Shown piece after piece: positions 1-13,872 of a stretch of DNA of 64,000 bases. This stretch comes from Pelomyxa schiedti (taxonomy: Eukaryota; Protista; Evosea). The stretch spans positions 44,331-108,330 of the forward strand of contig JAHLWZ010000823.1 in NCBI GenBank assembly GCA_020536535.1. The letters are read 5' to 3'. The notes beneath the pieces were generated by a model, which had not been told where the DNA came from, did not search any database, and worked only from the letters and a program-made list of their open reading frames with translations. The translations under genes were made by a program, and so were the position numbers. Within the stretch, counting starts at the first letter, position 1, and the number at the start of each line of letters is the position of its first letter.

Positions 1-201
1 TTTCTTCTTCACAAACCTAAAACAAAATTGATGCAGAGCCGAATCTGTTACTGAAAGAAGAAAAGCATATGGTCCATCTCAGTGATTGCAACCATGTGTT
101 ACCTCTGGTATGCACTGATTTATCAACCAAAGCCCCCACAAGTTCCTGTCTACCTTTTCGGTTAAAGCACGATTTTGTTTACAGAGAATATCATGTTGTG
201 A

Positions 202-2278
202 TCAATTTTTGTCTATTACTTTGGATACAACGGCGTTAATCACCAAGCCCCATTTTTTTGTAGGCAGTCTATTACTTTTTCCGAACCAAAATATCCCGTG
301 TGTGTCCTGGCTATTGGAAAGTAAGGATTGTTGTAGTGAGGAAAAGAACAAACCAATGCTCAGCATCGAGCATCCCTTCTGCTGGTAGTTGGGGTTGGCT
401 CCCAGCTTGATTATCATACCTATGCCTCGGACTAATTCGTTCACCATTGGGGTGCCAGTGGAAGCTATTAGAGATGCAAGACCTTCATTTAAGGTACTCT
501 GAGGCATGGAAGAAGTCATGGCTCGAAGTGCTGCCTCTATCTCTGGGACAGCATAGTACTGCAAAACATTCTACAAGTAGTTAGGATGGAATTTCAATTG
601 CGTTTTGGAAGGTGGAAGTCTTCAACCGCAGCAATGTTGACGATATTGTCGGTATTTGGTTCCGGCTTCATGAACGTTAGGAGTACCTTTTAAGGGAAAA
701 AGATAGATGAGTACTCAGCTGTGTTGAATCTAATCTTACTTTCATCCTGTCCTCACTATTGATATAGGGTGGGTGGAGAATGAGGTTATACAGTTCAGCC
801 TTGTTCAAGGATACTAAGTCTTGCATCCAGTTAGGTAGAGACGTGAGTCTCTCTGGACAAATCAGATTAATGGAGTTGGTTTCATGGTAGGGCATGCACC
901 AGTTAGGTCAAGAAGAATTCGTCGTAAAATATTGGGATCTTCAACAATGGTCAAAACTGCATGCAAAAATAATTGGATGGTGGTGTGGTGAGTTCTAGGG
1001 TCCAATGGTACTGAGCTGTCATACAGCCAGCTAAAAGAATCATCTAGGTTCTCCGATGATTGATGCAGGCATCTTACCCAAAGCCCTAAAACGTTTTCAT
1101 TCAACGCTAAAGCAAGCTCCCTTGGCAGCTTTGATGATGCATTGCTAGACAAATACTGATTGCATCGAGGAAACTTGTGTGTAAGAGCACAAATTATGTA
1201 GTCCACTATTTCCGCTGGAAAGAACCTGGGTGGTTCGTATTTGGCTGCTTTCAGTAGGACTTCAAATATCTAGAAAGTTGGATATGAAGATTGAGAGTTG
1301 TAGGTGAGATAAGGAACCTCGGAGGCATCGGCAAGCAGAGCTTGGCGAAAACAATCAGGACTAGGCTTTGCGCCATGTCCTAAAAGCTTCTGAACAATAA
1401 TCATATTTTTTGCCTTCACTCCCACCTCACATAGAACTGCAGACAAGGCGGGACCACCTGCATTAATTGTGGCTTGAGCACAAGAGTCCATCTGAAAAGT
1501 TCAGAAAAAATCAAAGTGCAGACATAAATACCGTCTCCCCCAGGTTCCTGAACGAAGGAAAACACAAAGTTCCTGTGTGGTACGCAGGACACATCACAGA
1601 GAAAAAGTCCCACAAGCCAGCTTTATGTGCAATAGCTATAGGAGAAAGGTTTCCACAACATTCAGCACTAGTGCAGTTACTCTCCACATTTGCTCCATGT
1701 AGTGATAGAAACTTTACAAGAACAAGATTTCTGTGCTTCACGGCCTCATGAAGTAAAGTGTGCATATATGGAGTAGGTCTGTAAATGGAGGCAAAAAACA
1801 ACCCAGAAAATCCAAAGGTTATTAACAGCAAGGAAAAAGAGTTAGAAACTAAACAAGGTTCCAATCCTCCACACGCGCGTACGTACGTCTTCAAAAGAGC
1901 GCCGATAGAATCGCTGCACGCGAATTCCAACTCAGCAAAGTCCCAATCAAGATACGACGTGAATCCCTTGAACACAGCCTTGCCGAGCCACTGGCGGCCA
2001 AACGACGAGATCTTCATCGCAGCCACCGGCGGTATCCGCGCAGGCGCGATTTTCTGCTTTTCCAGCAGCGGCCAGATGTAGAACCAAGGGCCGAAGAACC
2101 TGCGCCAACGGCGGCACGTCGCGGACGCGTGGTGCAGGCTCACCAGCGGCGTCAGGGCCGCTTCGAAAACGTCGAGGCCGCCACCGAATTCGGTAGATCT
2201 GTGGGAGCACAAATAAAGTGCCACGGATCTCAGCGCCACCGCACCCAACCCCGTCCACCCTGATTCCGCTGTGTCCAT
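202..2278 (-). CDS. F-box-like / ankyrin-repeat protein, multi-exon; 3' end uncertain, may continue past the window edge
   Basis: ATG at 2278 (MDTAESGW). F-box-like 'ASATCRRWRRF' and ankyrin-like 'TLLHEAVKHRNLVLVKFLSLHGANVES', 'IIVQKLLGHGAKP' and 'IIKLGANPN' occur across ORFs 1511-2440, 1270-1491 and 202-564. Confidence 0.6.
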
Positions 2279-2516
2279 TCGTCCGTCGGTTGTGGGTTTC
2301 TGTGAAATTTGTTTGGCCCCCTTCGTCGGTTTTTCGTTGTGGGGGAGAGTGTCTGTGTTGTGACTGAGCCATATCCTTGCATCTGGAATGTAACAATGCA
2401 AATTAAAGTCCACGGTACACTCGCCAAAAACTACCTTCACGCTGAAAGTTCTGTGATACCGGTATCACAGATGCCTTTATTTTTCCTCCTTTGTTGCTTT
2501 GGCAAAGTGGCTTGTT

Positions 2517-4247
2517 TTAAGAGAAAGTGCCCATTGCTTTGAGGTCGTTCATAACCTCTTCTTGTTCCTTGACTGCAGTGTGTATTGCAGAAAGCTGTTT
2601 GTGCTTCTTGTCTCTGAGCTGGAATGTGTAGAAGTTGGGAAGCAGCCTGCATGCTCCAAATCTGTTCTCAGGGTCACTCTTCAGCCTGCGCAGCACCCTC
2701 CTATTCACTTTATGCCCTTGCACAACAACTCCTCCAACCCTGGCTGCTGGTTCATCCTGTCCTGGAACCCTGATGAATCCATCGGCATCTGGCTTGTTGG
2801 CTTCTTCCCGCTTCTGCTCCATTTCCTGCGCAACTTTCTGCTGGTAGGCCTGCGCCCGCTTGTTGGTGAAGTTTGCGAGGTGCTCGTGGTATGCATCGAG
2901 ATTGGTTGGTAAGTATGTGTACATTTCGGTTTGCCATTTCCTGAGCCCGCAGGTGCGAAGCGGTACCTTTAAAGGTCAATACAGTTATGTGTACCTTGTA
3001 AAGTTACCTGTGCTGTAACGTGAGTTAAATCTAAGGCAGCAACCAGCCCCTTTGAGCTCTCAAAGGAAACATAGGCGTTGGTACATCGGTCTTGAGGGCA
3101 AACAGGTGGGAATGGTGACCTTGTCTCCAACACAATTGTTATGCTGTCGATTGGGCCACACCTGTCGAAAACGGCATGGAGAAAATCTTTTTAAAGTGTT
3201 ATTATTTCTGGGTGAGTGTTTTTCCATACCTTCGGGTATTTGTGGGGGTAAGTTCAGCACAAACAGCGTTCTTCTTCTCAGTTGAGCAATATCACTTTTT
3301 GTGTTTGCCAGAATGTCCGACTCCAGCCCTTGCTCGTCCATATTCTCCGCCGACTCTGGGTTTTCCTCAGGTCTTTTGTCATCTGGCGAAGAAGCAGCCT
3401 CATCATCAGCGTCACTCTCCGTGTCTGATGATCCCTTTGATTCCAAGGATTTCTGGATCACCTTCATCAACTCGCCGCGCTCTCTCTGGTGCGAGTCCCT
3501 CCTTCTGACCAAGTCCCTGAGCGGCTTCTGCTCCTCTCTCCTCAAGCACCTCGTGTACACGATCCTCTCGGTCGGCGGGCCCACCGGTTTCCCACAGTCC
3601 ACAATCGTGCACCCCACCCCGACGGCGTGGAACCCCCCGACGAGCCCCGCCCCCCCGCCGCCCCCCGTCCTCCCCTTGCTCTCCTCCTCCAGCCTCGCCT
3701 GCACCTCGTCCTCCCCGTCCTCCTCGTCCCCATCCCCCTCGCCCTCCTCCCCGCTGCTGCCCTCCCCGTCCTCCACGTAGTCGTAGTCGTAGCCGTCGTC
3801 GCCCGCGGCGCCGTCCGCGTCCCCCGAGTCCGCGGCGAGCCCGCCGCCCAGGACGTAGGGGCCGGCGCGGGGCCGCCCGCCGGAGCCCGGGGCGTCGAGG
3901 AGGTCGCCCAGGACGTCGAGCATCGCGGGGCCGTAGAGCTCGCGCTCGGCCTTGATCTTGTCCGAGAGCTTGCGGCGCGTGGCCGAGCCCGCGGCCGCCG
4001 TGCGCGCGAACTTGGACGACCGCGTGGCCGCGGCCTCGACTTTGACAACGGGCATCTTCTTCTTCTTGCTCGCCGTAGACGTCGCCTTCGCCTTCGTCTT
4101 CTTCGAGCTTGAGGTGGTTGTTGTTGTTGCTGTTGCTGGTGGTGTGGCTGTGGTGGTGGTGGTTTTCGATGATGAAGCCAGGAGTGGGTTGCGGGCGAGG
4201 GGCTTGGCTTTGGTGCCCTTCATGGCGGGGCCTTTTGATAGTTTCAT
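2517..4247 (-). CDS. RRP7: Ribosomal RNA-processing protein 7 (RRP7A-like) with long low-complexity N-terminus
   Basis: RRM start 'RTLFVLNLPP' plus RRP7 C-terminal motifs 'KPDADGFIRV' and 'NFYTFQLRDKK'; stop at 2517. Confidence 0.85.
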
Positions 4248-4556
4248 CAGTGGACGAGGCTGGGTCGCGGTTCACGAGAAACGAAACCCCGCAAATAACG
4301 ACGTGCAATTACAAAAAGAAGAAGAAAGAAAAAAAGACTGGGCTCAGAGAGTAACTTCTACTAGGGATCCGCGCTGTACTCAGGCGAGAGAAGATTCGAA
4401 TACGTGGTTCCGCCCAGAGTTGTGTCTCTGAGAGTTGCATTTAATTGATGTGCACAGTGCAATTTCTCACATTTGGGGTTACAAACGGTGGCACATTTCG
4501 GCGGTTTGTCGTATTGATCACTCCTCCAATACGCGTTGAAAAATAAGGGTGGTGCA

Positions 4557-6297
4557 ATGGCAACATCTGCTACTTCTTCATTTGATTCCCTGTTCTCCCC
4601 GTCCCCTTATGAATCCCCTGCGCCCACGGCCACAACGGCGACCGGCAAGCCCATCGAGAACTCCCTCGTGGATGCCGTCCTGGGCTCCCCCGCTCCTGCT
4701 CCCATAATGACGTCGGCTGCGGCGCCGCCGTCGTCCACAAAGTCGGTGTACTACACGGGCGAGGCTACGACCGGGAGCGTGGCGGTTGACGTAACAGACG
4801 AACCGCCGCCGTCGTTCTCGTCGTCCGGATTGGGGTCAGATTCGGCAGCGTCCGAGCCTGCAGCTGGAATTGTGGGACTGGAAGAGGACCAGGCGTGGGT
4901 CAGGAAGAGACAAGCTAAATTTATCAAGGGGGAGCGTAGAATATGCATCTCTTTGACAATTGCAACCGTGTGTCAGTGTAGTGGCAGTAAAATCTTATGT
5001 TCTTATTATTTTTGTGTGTGTGTGTGCCTTTGTTGTCATTGGTACTTTTATTTTGTACCTTTTTGGCGATTCCTTTTAACTTGGATTTGTTTAGATTGCG
5101 TTCTTTATTTGCCTTTTGGTAAGCTTCATTGTCAAGAGAGATTTTGGTACAAATTACTCTTGTGGATTGCTTTAACGTTTGTTCCCCAGGCTTTTATTAC
5201 GCGCTGAATATTATTTACTTGTTTTATTTTGGAGTTGGGTGTGGTATGCCTTACAGTATGTTGTGTTGTTACTTACTTTTTGGTAGCCATGATCTGGGCA
5301 GTCCCAATTTTGAAGCTCTGTCATAAAAATGAAGAAGCCGTTCGACCATGGCAGTTACCATTTTTTGAATTTTATGCACTACTTTCCATTTTGATGCTTT
5401 TACTTGCTGAAGCAGTTAGTTTCCCCCCTTTTTGCTCTTTCATACAAACCTCAATTTTTTCTTTACAAGGCAATTATAAGTTTTGCCATTTATATGCCTG
5501 AATATGTAGATTACCAGTATGCTTTCCTATTCTCACTGACTAACTGGTTCTAACCAAACGAAGGTGTAGGCATATTTCTGCATGTGATACTTCAGATATT
5601 GATCCGATTGTGGGACTTGGTATCGCTCTGGCATGCTTTACAGCAGTTGGCTTGGTTTTATTCTGTGTGTGGCCACTCCGTTTATTGTGTAAATGGGTGT
5701 CCATCATTAGAAAGAGATCCAACCTGCCTGCCACAAGAATGACACCAATTGTCATGACACTGGAAAAATATTTGCCACGGTACTTGGATTTGCTTCGTCT
5801 TGCAACTGAGGCATGCAGTGCTATTATCATATTATACTTGGATTTACTCTATCTCTTTCTTTCAATTGCGGAATGATTTCTTACACATGGCTAGAAAGGT
5901 ACAGCTGCCTTCAGGAGGAATGCCGAGTTCATATGTAAACTTTCCTGCTGTTTAATTGCAGTGTGGATGATTCTTCTTTTCTTTTCCTGTTTGGTGTGTT
6001 ATTCTCTTCTACCTTTATTGCCTGGTTACATTCCCTGTATTCCACAAAAAGATTATCAGTAGTATACGAGAAGGACTCCCAACGGGATTGGTTCTTTTCT
6101 GTGATGTCTACGATTTTATATGTTGTCCATACATCCAAACCCAACAAAACACGAAACACAAAACACGAATCACAGGGACCAACACCAACATGATACATAC
6201 AGGTTACATTCTCTTGGTCTCCTTGGCAGAAGGACTCAAGGCCACAGGCAATGCTGCTGCTACTGTCATTCTAACCAATGCCACATCCACCATGTAA
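4557..6297 (+). CDS. Multi-pass membrane protein of unknown family, Ser/Thr/Pro-rich N-terminus
   Basis: ATG at 4557. Several hydrophobic exons (5229-5420, 5610-5700, 5963-6050, about 6200-6297) are separated by GT-AG introns. Confidence 0.55.
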
Positions 6298-6397
6298 CCA
6301 AAAAAAAACCTCCCTGACACCGGGGGGATCGATCAAAAAGCTCACCTCCAATCTTCGTCTTTCTTTTTTTTTTTTTTTTTAATTTTAATCCAAGCCA

Positions 6398-9067
6398 ATG
6401 TCAGCGGCGGGTGGAGACGAAGACGACTGCGTGATCGTGTCTTCCACGTCGTGGTCGAAGGGTACCGGCAGCTCGACGACGTCGTCGACTGCGAAACCGC
6501 GAAATCAGCCTCTGCTTCCCACTCCCGCTCTGCTCCCAACCCCTCCGCTCCTTCCAACTCCCACAATTCCTGCTGGGCCCCCCTTTCTCGGTGTATCACG
6601 TGCCACTGCCTTTCCCTCGTCGTCGGTGGCCATTTCCAACCCTAGACGTGAATCTCCCTCTACAACCACAGCACAACAGCAACCACCACCGACACAACAA
6701 CAACAGCAATTGTCTGGTTTTGCCTCTTCGTCGTTTTCTGGATTGCAGGGATTGTTGTCATCTGCACGAGATAAAAACCTGCAGCAGAAACGAGATAAGC
6801 AACAGGAAAAGGCTGAAGGAGAAGGCGAGGAGGCTGAGGAGGCAAGAAAGGACGAAATCGTAGCCATCGGTGAAACTGTGGATGCCGAGGTTTGTGATGG
6901 CAGCGATGCCAAAGTTGCTGAAAACAACACTGAAAATGCCAAAACTGCTGTGGGTGAGAGTGAGAATGAGAGTGAGAGTGCTGACTTGGAATGCGACGAG
7001 GGTCCTGGTGAATTGGCAATGCTAAGAAAGGAGAGTAAGTTCGATAGTATCTTTCCTCTTCCCGTCTTATCCTCGAGCAAGATGCCAAACTCAAGAAGGA
7101 AAATGCTACGCTCAGAGATGGCTGCTCTGCTCCGGGAGCTATGTGTACTGTGCATTACTTCCCTGGAATGCATCCGTATGTAGCTTATTCAAAGCAGGAA
7201 ATCCAAGGCTAATGTGAGAAATAGTCAGTGGAAGAGACAAATTGATTTCATTCTTCGTAACATCTCTTGTGTTAACGTGAATGTATCAACATTTGGAGAA
7301 GTACAACCTTCCCCAATGGCCCAAGAACCATCAACTAAAACGGAGATTATGGAATATCATGGCCTTTTTGTTGTCGAGAAAACCAAACCAGATACTGAGC
7401 AACTCCCTATGCGAGCTTTATACAGGCAATTTCCTATCCCAGTTGACATCCTCACTTCCTCTTGTTCTATCTTTCCTGTAAGTTACGGTTATTGAAGATT
7501 AACGACACGACATATTGAATATTGTCCCATCAGCCAGCAAACTAATATTCTCATTAGCAATATGGCAGAAGCTGTTGGAATGAGCTCTAGTGTTAGTGAG
7601 AGCATCAAATGGGGGAATACGTGCTACAACTGTGGAATGCCTGGTCACAACTTCAACCAATGTAGCCTTGTAAGCTATTTTATTTTCTCTGTTCTTGCCA
7701 TCCCTAATTTGGAAAAATAGCCTATTGATCACCTGAAAATTCGGACTACTGCAGGGTCAACATCTCCGAGGATCCCTAACAGTCGCTATTACGGGTTTAT
7801 TCCTTTTTTCTTCTCGCACATGAATTTATTTATACCAAGAGGTGCACCTACAAGGGGATATTCACCTTTTGAAGCGTCGAAGTCTCCCCCATCCCCACAT
7901 CGATACAGGCAGTCTGCTCAGGCCCCATCTTTGGTAGAGCGCCGCATCGCTTCACCACCACTTGTAAGTACACCAACAAGGGGTAGGGGAGACAATGACA
8001 GATATCGAAGTAAAAGAAATAAGAGCAGAAGCACAAGTAAGAGTCGGAGCAGAAGCAGGAACAGGAGTAAGAGTAGAAACAGAAATAGGAGCAGAGGCAG
8101 AGGCAAGAGCCGGAGCAGGAGCAGGGACAAAGGCAGAAAAAGGAGCAAATCCTGGGATAGATACAAGCCAAACTCTAGAAGTAGATCAAAGGACAGAAGC
8201 AAGAGCCCCGAGAAACCAACGCCTAGAAAGAGGCCTTCTGATACAGCAATAACAGGAAGCGAAGTATCTGTTACCCCAAGTGCAGCGCCCGTTATACCTT
8301 CACCTGCCCTAAATTCAAACACTCAACCATACCCTCCAAACTTACAACCAGCAAATGCTCCATTGCCACAATGTAGCCAAACCTTCGTACCCGTCCCCCT
8401 TTGTTACCCTTTCGGAGTTGCACAGCCTTACCCTGCACCCTTACTACAGCCTTCTCCAGTACGAACTGTTTACGGGTCCCAAGTGACACTCCCTCACCCT
8501 TCACCTGTGTTAGAAATGCCCCCGCCTCAGTGGTACGTTCCACCTCCGGCACCCCTGAATGCACCACAGCAAACTCCGCAGCCAAGGCCGGACCAAGAAA
8601 CAACAGTCGACCAGCTTCAACCGCCTCAACCAGTACCATCATTCCCACCTCCACAATTGCAATCACAATTACAATCACAATCGCGCCGGCAGGCAAACAC
8701 TGAACCACAAAGACCAACTCAATCAACCCAAAAGCAAATCCAAAACCAAAATCAAGCACAGTCAGTGCAGTCAGCAGCCCCAACTCCACAAAATCAGGCC
8801 ATCCAAGCGGCCGTGACCCCCATACAGACAGCAGAACCTGCTGAAACAACCTCACAAGCATCAACAAAACCAAATACACCAATGCCAACAACACCAACAC
8901 CCACAACACAACCCACAACTGCGGTAGTAGTAGCAGCTACACCCACCCCAAATAAGGCCAGCACCACGAATACAGCAGCAGAAAGCTTTGGCCCACCAGC
9001 CCAAATACCGTCAGGAAAATGGAAGGAACTGAAGGGGATTCTGCAGGCGCGCAGGCACAAGTTCTAA
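6398..9067 (+). CDS. CCHC zinc-knuckle protein with RS domain and Pro/Gln-rich tail (tentatively ZCCHC8-like RNA-binding protein)
   Basis: The exon at 7622-7663 encodes CYNCGMPGHNFNQC (CX2CX4HX4C), which the ORF track misses. RS dipeptide tract at 8000-8200; stop at 9067. Confidence 0.7.
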
Positions 9068-9327
9068 TTAAGGCTACCTTGAACTATTGGATTTGTCTCT
9101 GGCCAAAGGAGTGCCCTCTGTGAGGCGAGATCTCGCCGTCGCATCTCGTTCGGAGAAGCAGATCTTTCCCTTTTTTCCGCCAATCAAGTGAAAAAAAACA
9201 ACAAAATTCTGTCAACGAGAACAACAAAAAACAAAAAAAAAAACAAAAAAACCTCGGGGCGGCACACCGGCAGGGACAGCAGTGTCGTCAAAACGAACGT
9301 GTAGATCTTGTATACTGTGTGGACGAT

Positions 9328-11943
<2,616 letters not shown>

Positions 11944-12180
11944 CGGAATGCCACATGAAATAATGTACCCATGTGTCGCCATTTCCAAGACAGTTTCTTT
12001 TTTTTGTAATCTAATCGCCACAAGTTGGTGGTCTTGCATTGGATAAATACAAATTTACCCGAATCTATTCTGGACGTAAGTGTCGGTTTCGCTTTTTATT
12101 TTTTTTTTTTTTTTGTATTTGACAAGCCAATGAGAAGGAAACAAACGTAACGGAAAAATAAAGGACGAGGCCAGGGGCTG

Positions 12181-13470
12181 ATGTCGCAGTTGTACAAATT
12201 GGACGCCCATCTCTCCCTCCCTCCGCTTGTCAAATTTGGGGGCAACGCAGGGAAACGCAAGGTCACAAAGTGCGCCGCCAAGCCAACTGAAACGCTGCTG
12301 AGCGAACTCCAATGCGCCGAGTTCAAGTGTCTGCTTCAGGCGTTCCTCAGTCCCCAGCCGCCAGCCACCCTTCAATGCGGGTGCGTCAATTACCTGCCCG
12401 CGAGCGGCAACAGCCCGACTGGCACGCTGGTCGTCGTGTGCCTGAGAGACAGCGAACTGGACATGGACAAGTGGGTGATAGTCTGCAACCACGTGGGCGA
12501 ATTCCCCGTCGGGGGGTGGGATCCACCCAAATTCCCTGAGCACATCGGCGATAATCCATACACCTGCCTGCTTGGCACCGGTCTCCTGAATAGCCACTCT
12601 CAGTCGAAGAAGCGCCCAGAGGCCCGGCGAATTTGCTGCACTCCTCACACCACACAGATCACAAGGGAAATCGGAAGCCCAACGCAAGGACAAGATGTTG
12701 ACTACTTGCGGTATTGCCGCGAATTTGCGAAGGAGGTTGAAGAGGGACGGTGGGGGTACGGCCGTGAACCCGACCACTATTCTTTCCCTGACCTCCAGGG
12801 ACCCCTTGAAACGAATTCCAGGGACCCTACATTCTGGAGCCCACTTTTCAAGTTGCGCACGGCTTGGTACTTTGGAAAGCCATACTTCGACCACCTTCCC
12901 GGTATCGAGATTGCAATGATGCGGTGGTTGCTTGCGAGGAGTTTGACACTCCCTAGTTACATTGACAACGTAATGAAATCCAAGTTGAGACTCACGTGCG
13001 GAGAAGAAATGCCACCTTGGTATATGATATTCACAAAGAATGAGGAGAGCCAGCCAACTTCACACATCCTTGTGGAGCTTTTCTTCAACTTCCTTGGGCT
13101 TGTGCAGAAACAGTACCCCCAGTTCATGTCTAAGCTAGTCACTAAGCAGCCAGTGTCATTGCATTTCTTCATAGTTGGTGATTACACTGGAACCATACAA
13201 TTGCGTGAAATTACTGTTCCAGCAAAGCCCCCGTGGCTGCAGCCCAAAACTCCAGTCAATTTCATCCAGAGGGATGACAATTTGAGAGCATCTCTATCTG
13301 ATGTGTTCCAGAAGCAGTGGTGGGGTCGTGGGAACAGTGAAACTGATGTCTGTGATTGCTTTAATGACTTTGAGCCTGAACAGCAACAAAGGTTTCGTGA
13401 TTGCTATAGCGCAGGTTACAGTGGGAGCACATTCCTGGACCTGTATAGACAAACCTTCCACAGCTTATAG
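12181..13470 (+). CDS. Intronless 429-aa hypothetical protein
   Basis: Long uninterrupted ORF with globular composition; no family recognised. Confidence 0.7.
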   Translation: MSQLYKLDAHLSLPPLVKFGGNAGKRKVTKCAAKPTETLLSELQCAEFKCLLQAFLSPQPPATLQCGCVNYLPASGNSPTGTLVVVCLRDSELDMDKWVIVCNHVGEFPVGGWDPPKFPEHIGDNPYTCLLGTGLLNSHSQSKKRPEARRICCTPHTTQITREIGSPTQGQDVDYLRYCREFAKEVEEGRWGYGREPDHYSFPDLQGPLETNSRDPTFWSPLFKLRTAWYFGKPYFDHLPGIEIAMMRWLLARSLTLPSYIDNVMKSKLRLTCGEEMPPWYMIFTKNEESQPTSHILVELFFNFLGLVQKQYPQFMSKLVTKQPVSLHFFIVGDYTGTIQLREITVPAKPPWLQPKTPVNFIQRDDNLRASLSDVFQKQWWGRGNSETDVCDCFNDFEPEQQQRFRDCYSAGYSGSTFLDLYRQTFHSL

Positions 13471-13584
13471 GTATGAGCGGGTGATGTGAAAAACTGCTGT
13501 AGAATAACACTGGGTGTTTAAAAACTTTTTTTCTCAGAGGCCTATGAGAAGCTTGCCATTAGTGGCCTTCACAGTTTCCCTAAA

Positions 13585-13802
13585 CTGCCAAGTGGAACGG
13601 ACCCTGAATACAGTCCAGAGTCATCTATGTAGATAATTGATAGATCGGGGTTTTCCAGATAGGTGAGGCGAAGCCTGTCAAGGTGACTGGGTGTCATGGT
13701 ATTCTCGTCGTAATCACGATGTAGGCTCCAGGAAAATCTTGTGCGATCTGATTGTGAGTGCGCACCATTTCAGTGGATTATGTCCTCTGGGTTCCCGGGC
13801 AG
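13585..13802 (+). ncRNA. Candidate structured ncRNA or cis-regulatory RNA (about 220 nt), family unknown
   Basis: Six nested helices (about 37 bp) can be read directly. Non-Watson-Crick pairs inside the helices are G-U on the + strand. Confidence 0.55.
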
Positions 13803-13872
13803 CTACAGCAACTGCGAGGCTCTCAACTCAAAAACCACAAGAAAAAATTAAAAGTATTCTTTCACGGAATTG

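Noticed and set aside
3301-4431. Multiple long overlapping ORFs in GC-rich first exons (also 28600-29400, 37400-38200, 52580-53400)
   Set aside because: Shadow ORFs caused by high GC and low-complexity codons; one frame explains each locus.
13575-13586. CCCTAAAC as a telomerase RNA template
   Set aside because: Only about one repeat unit, and the organism's telomere repeat is not visible here.
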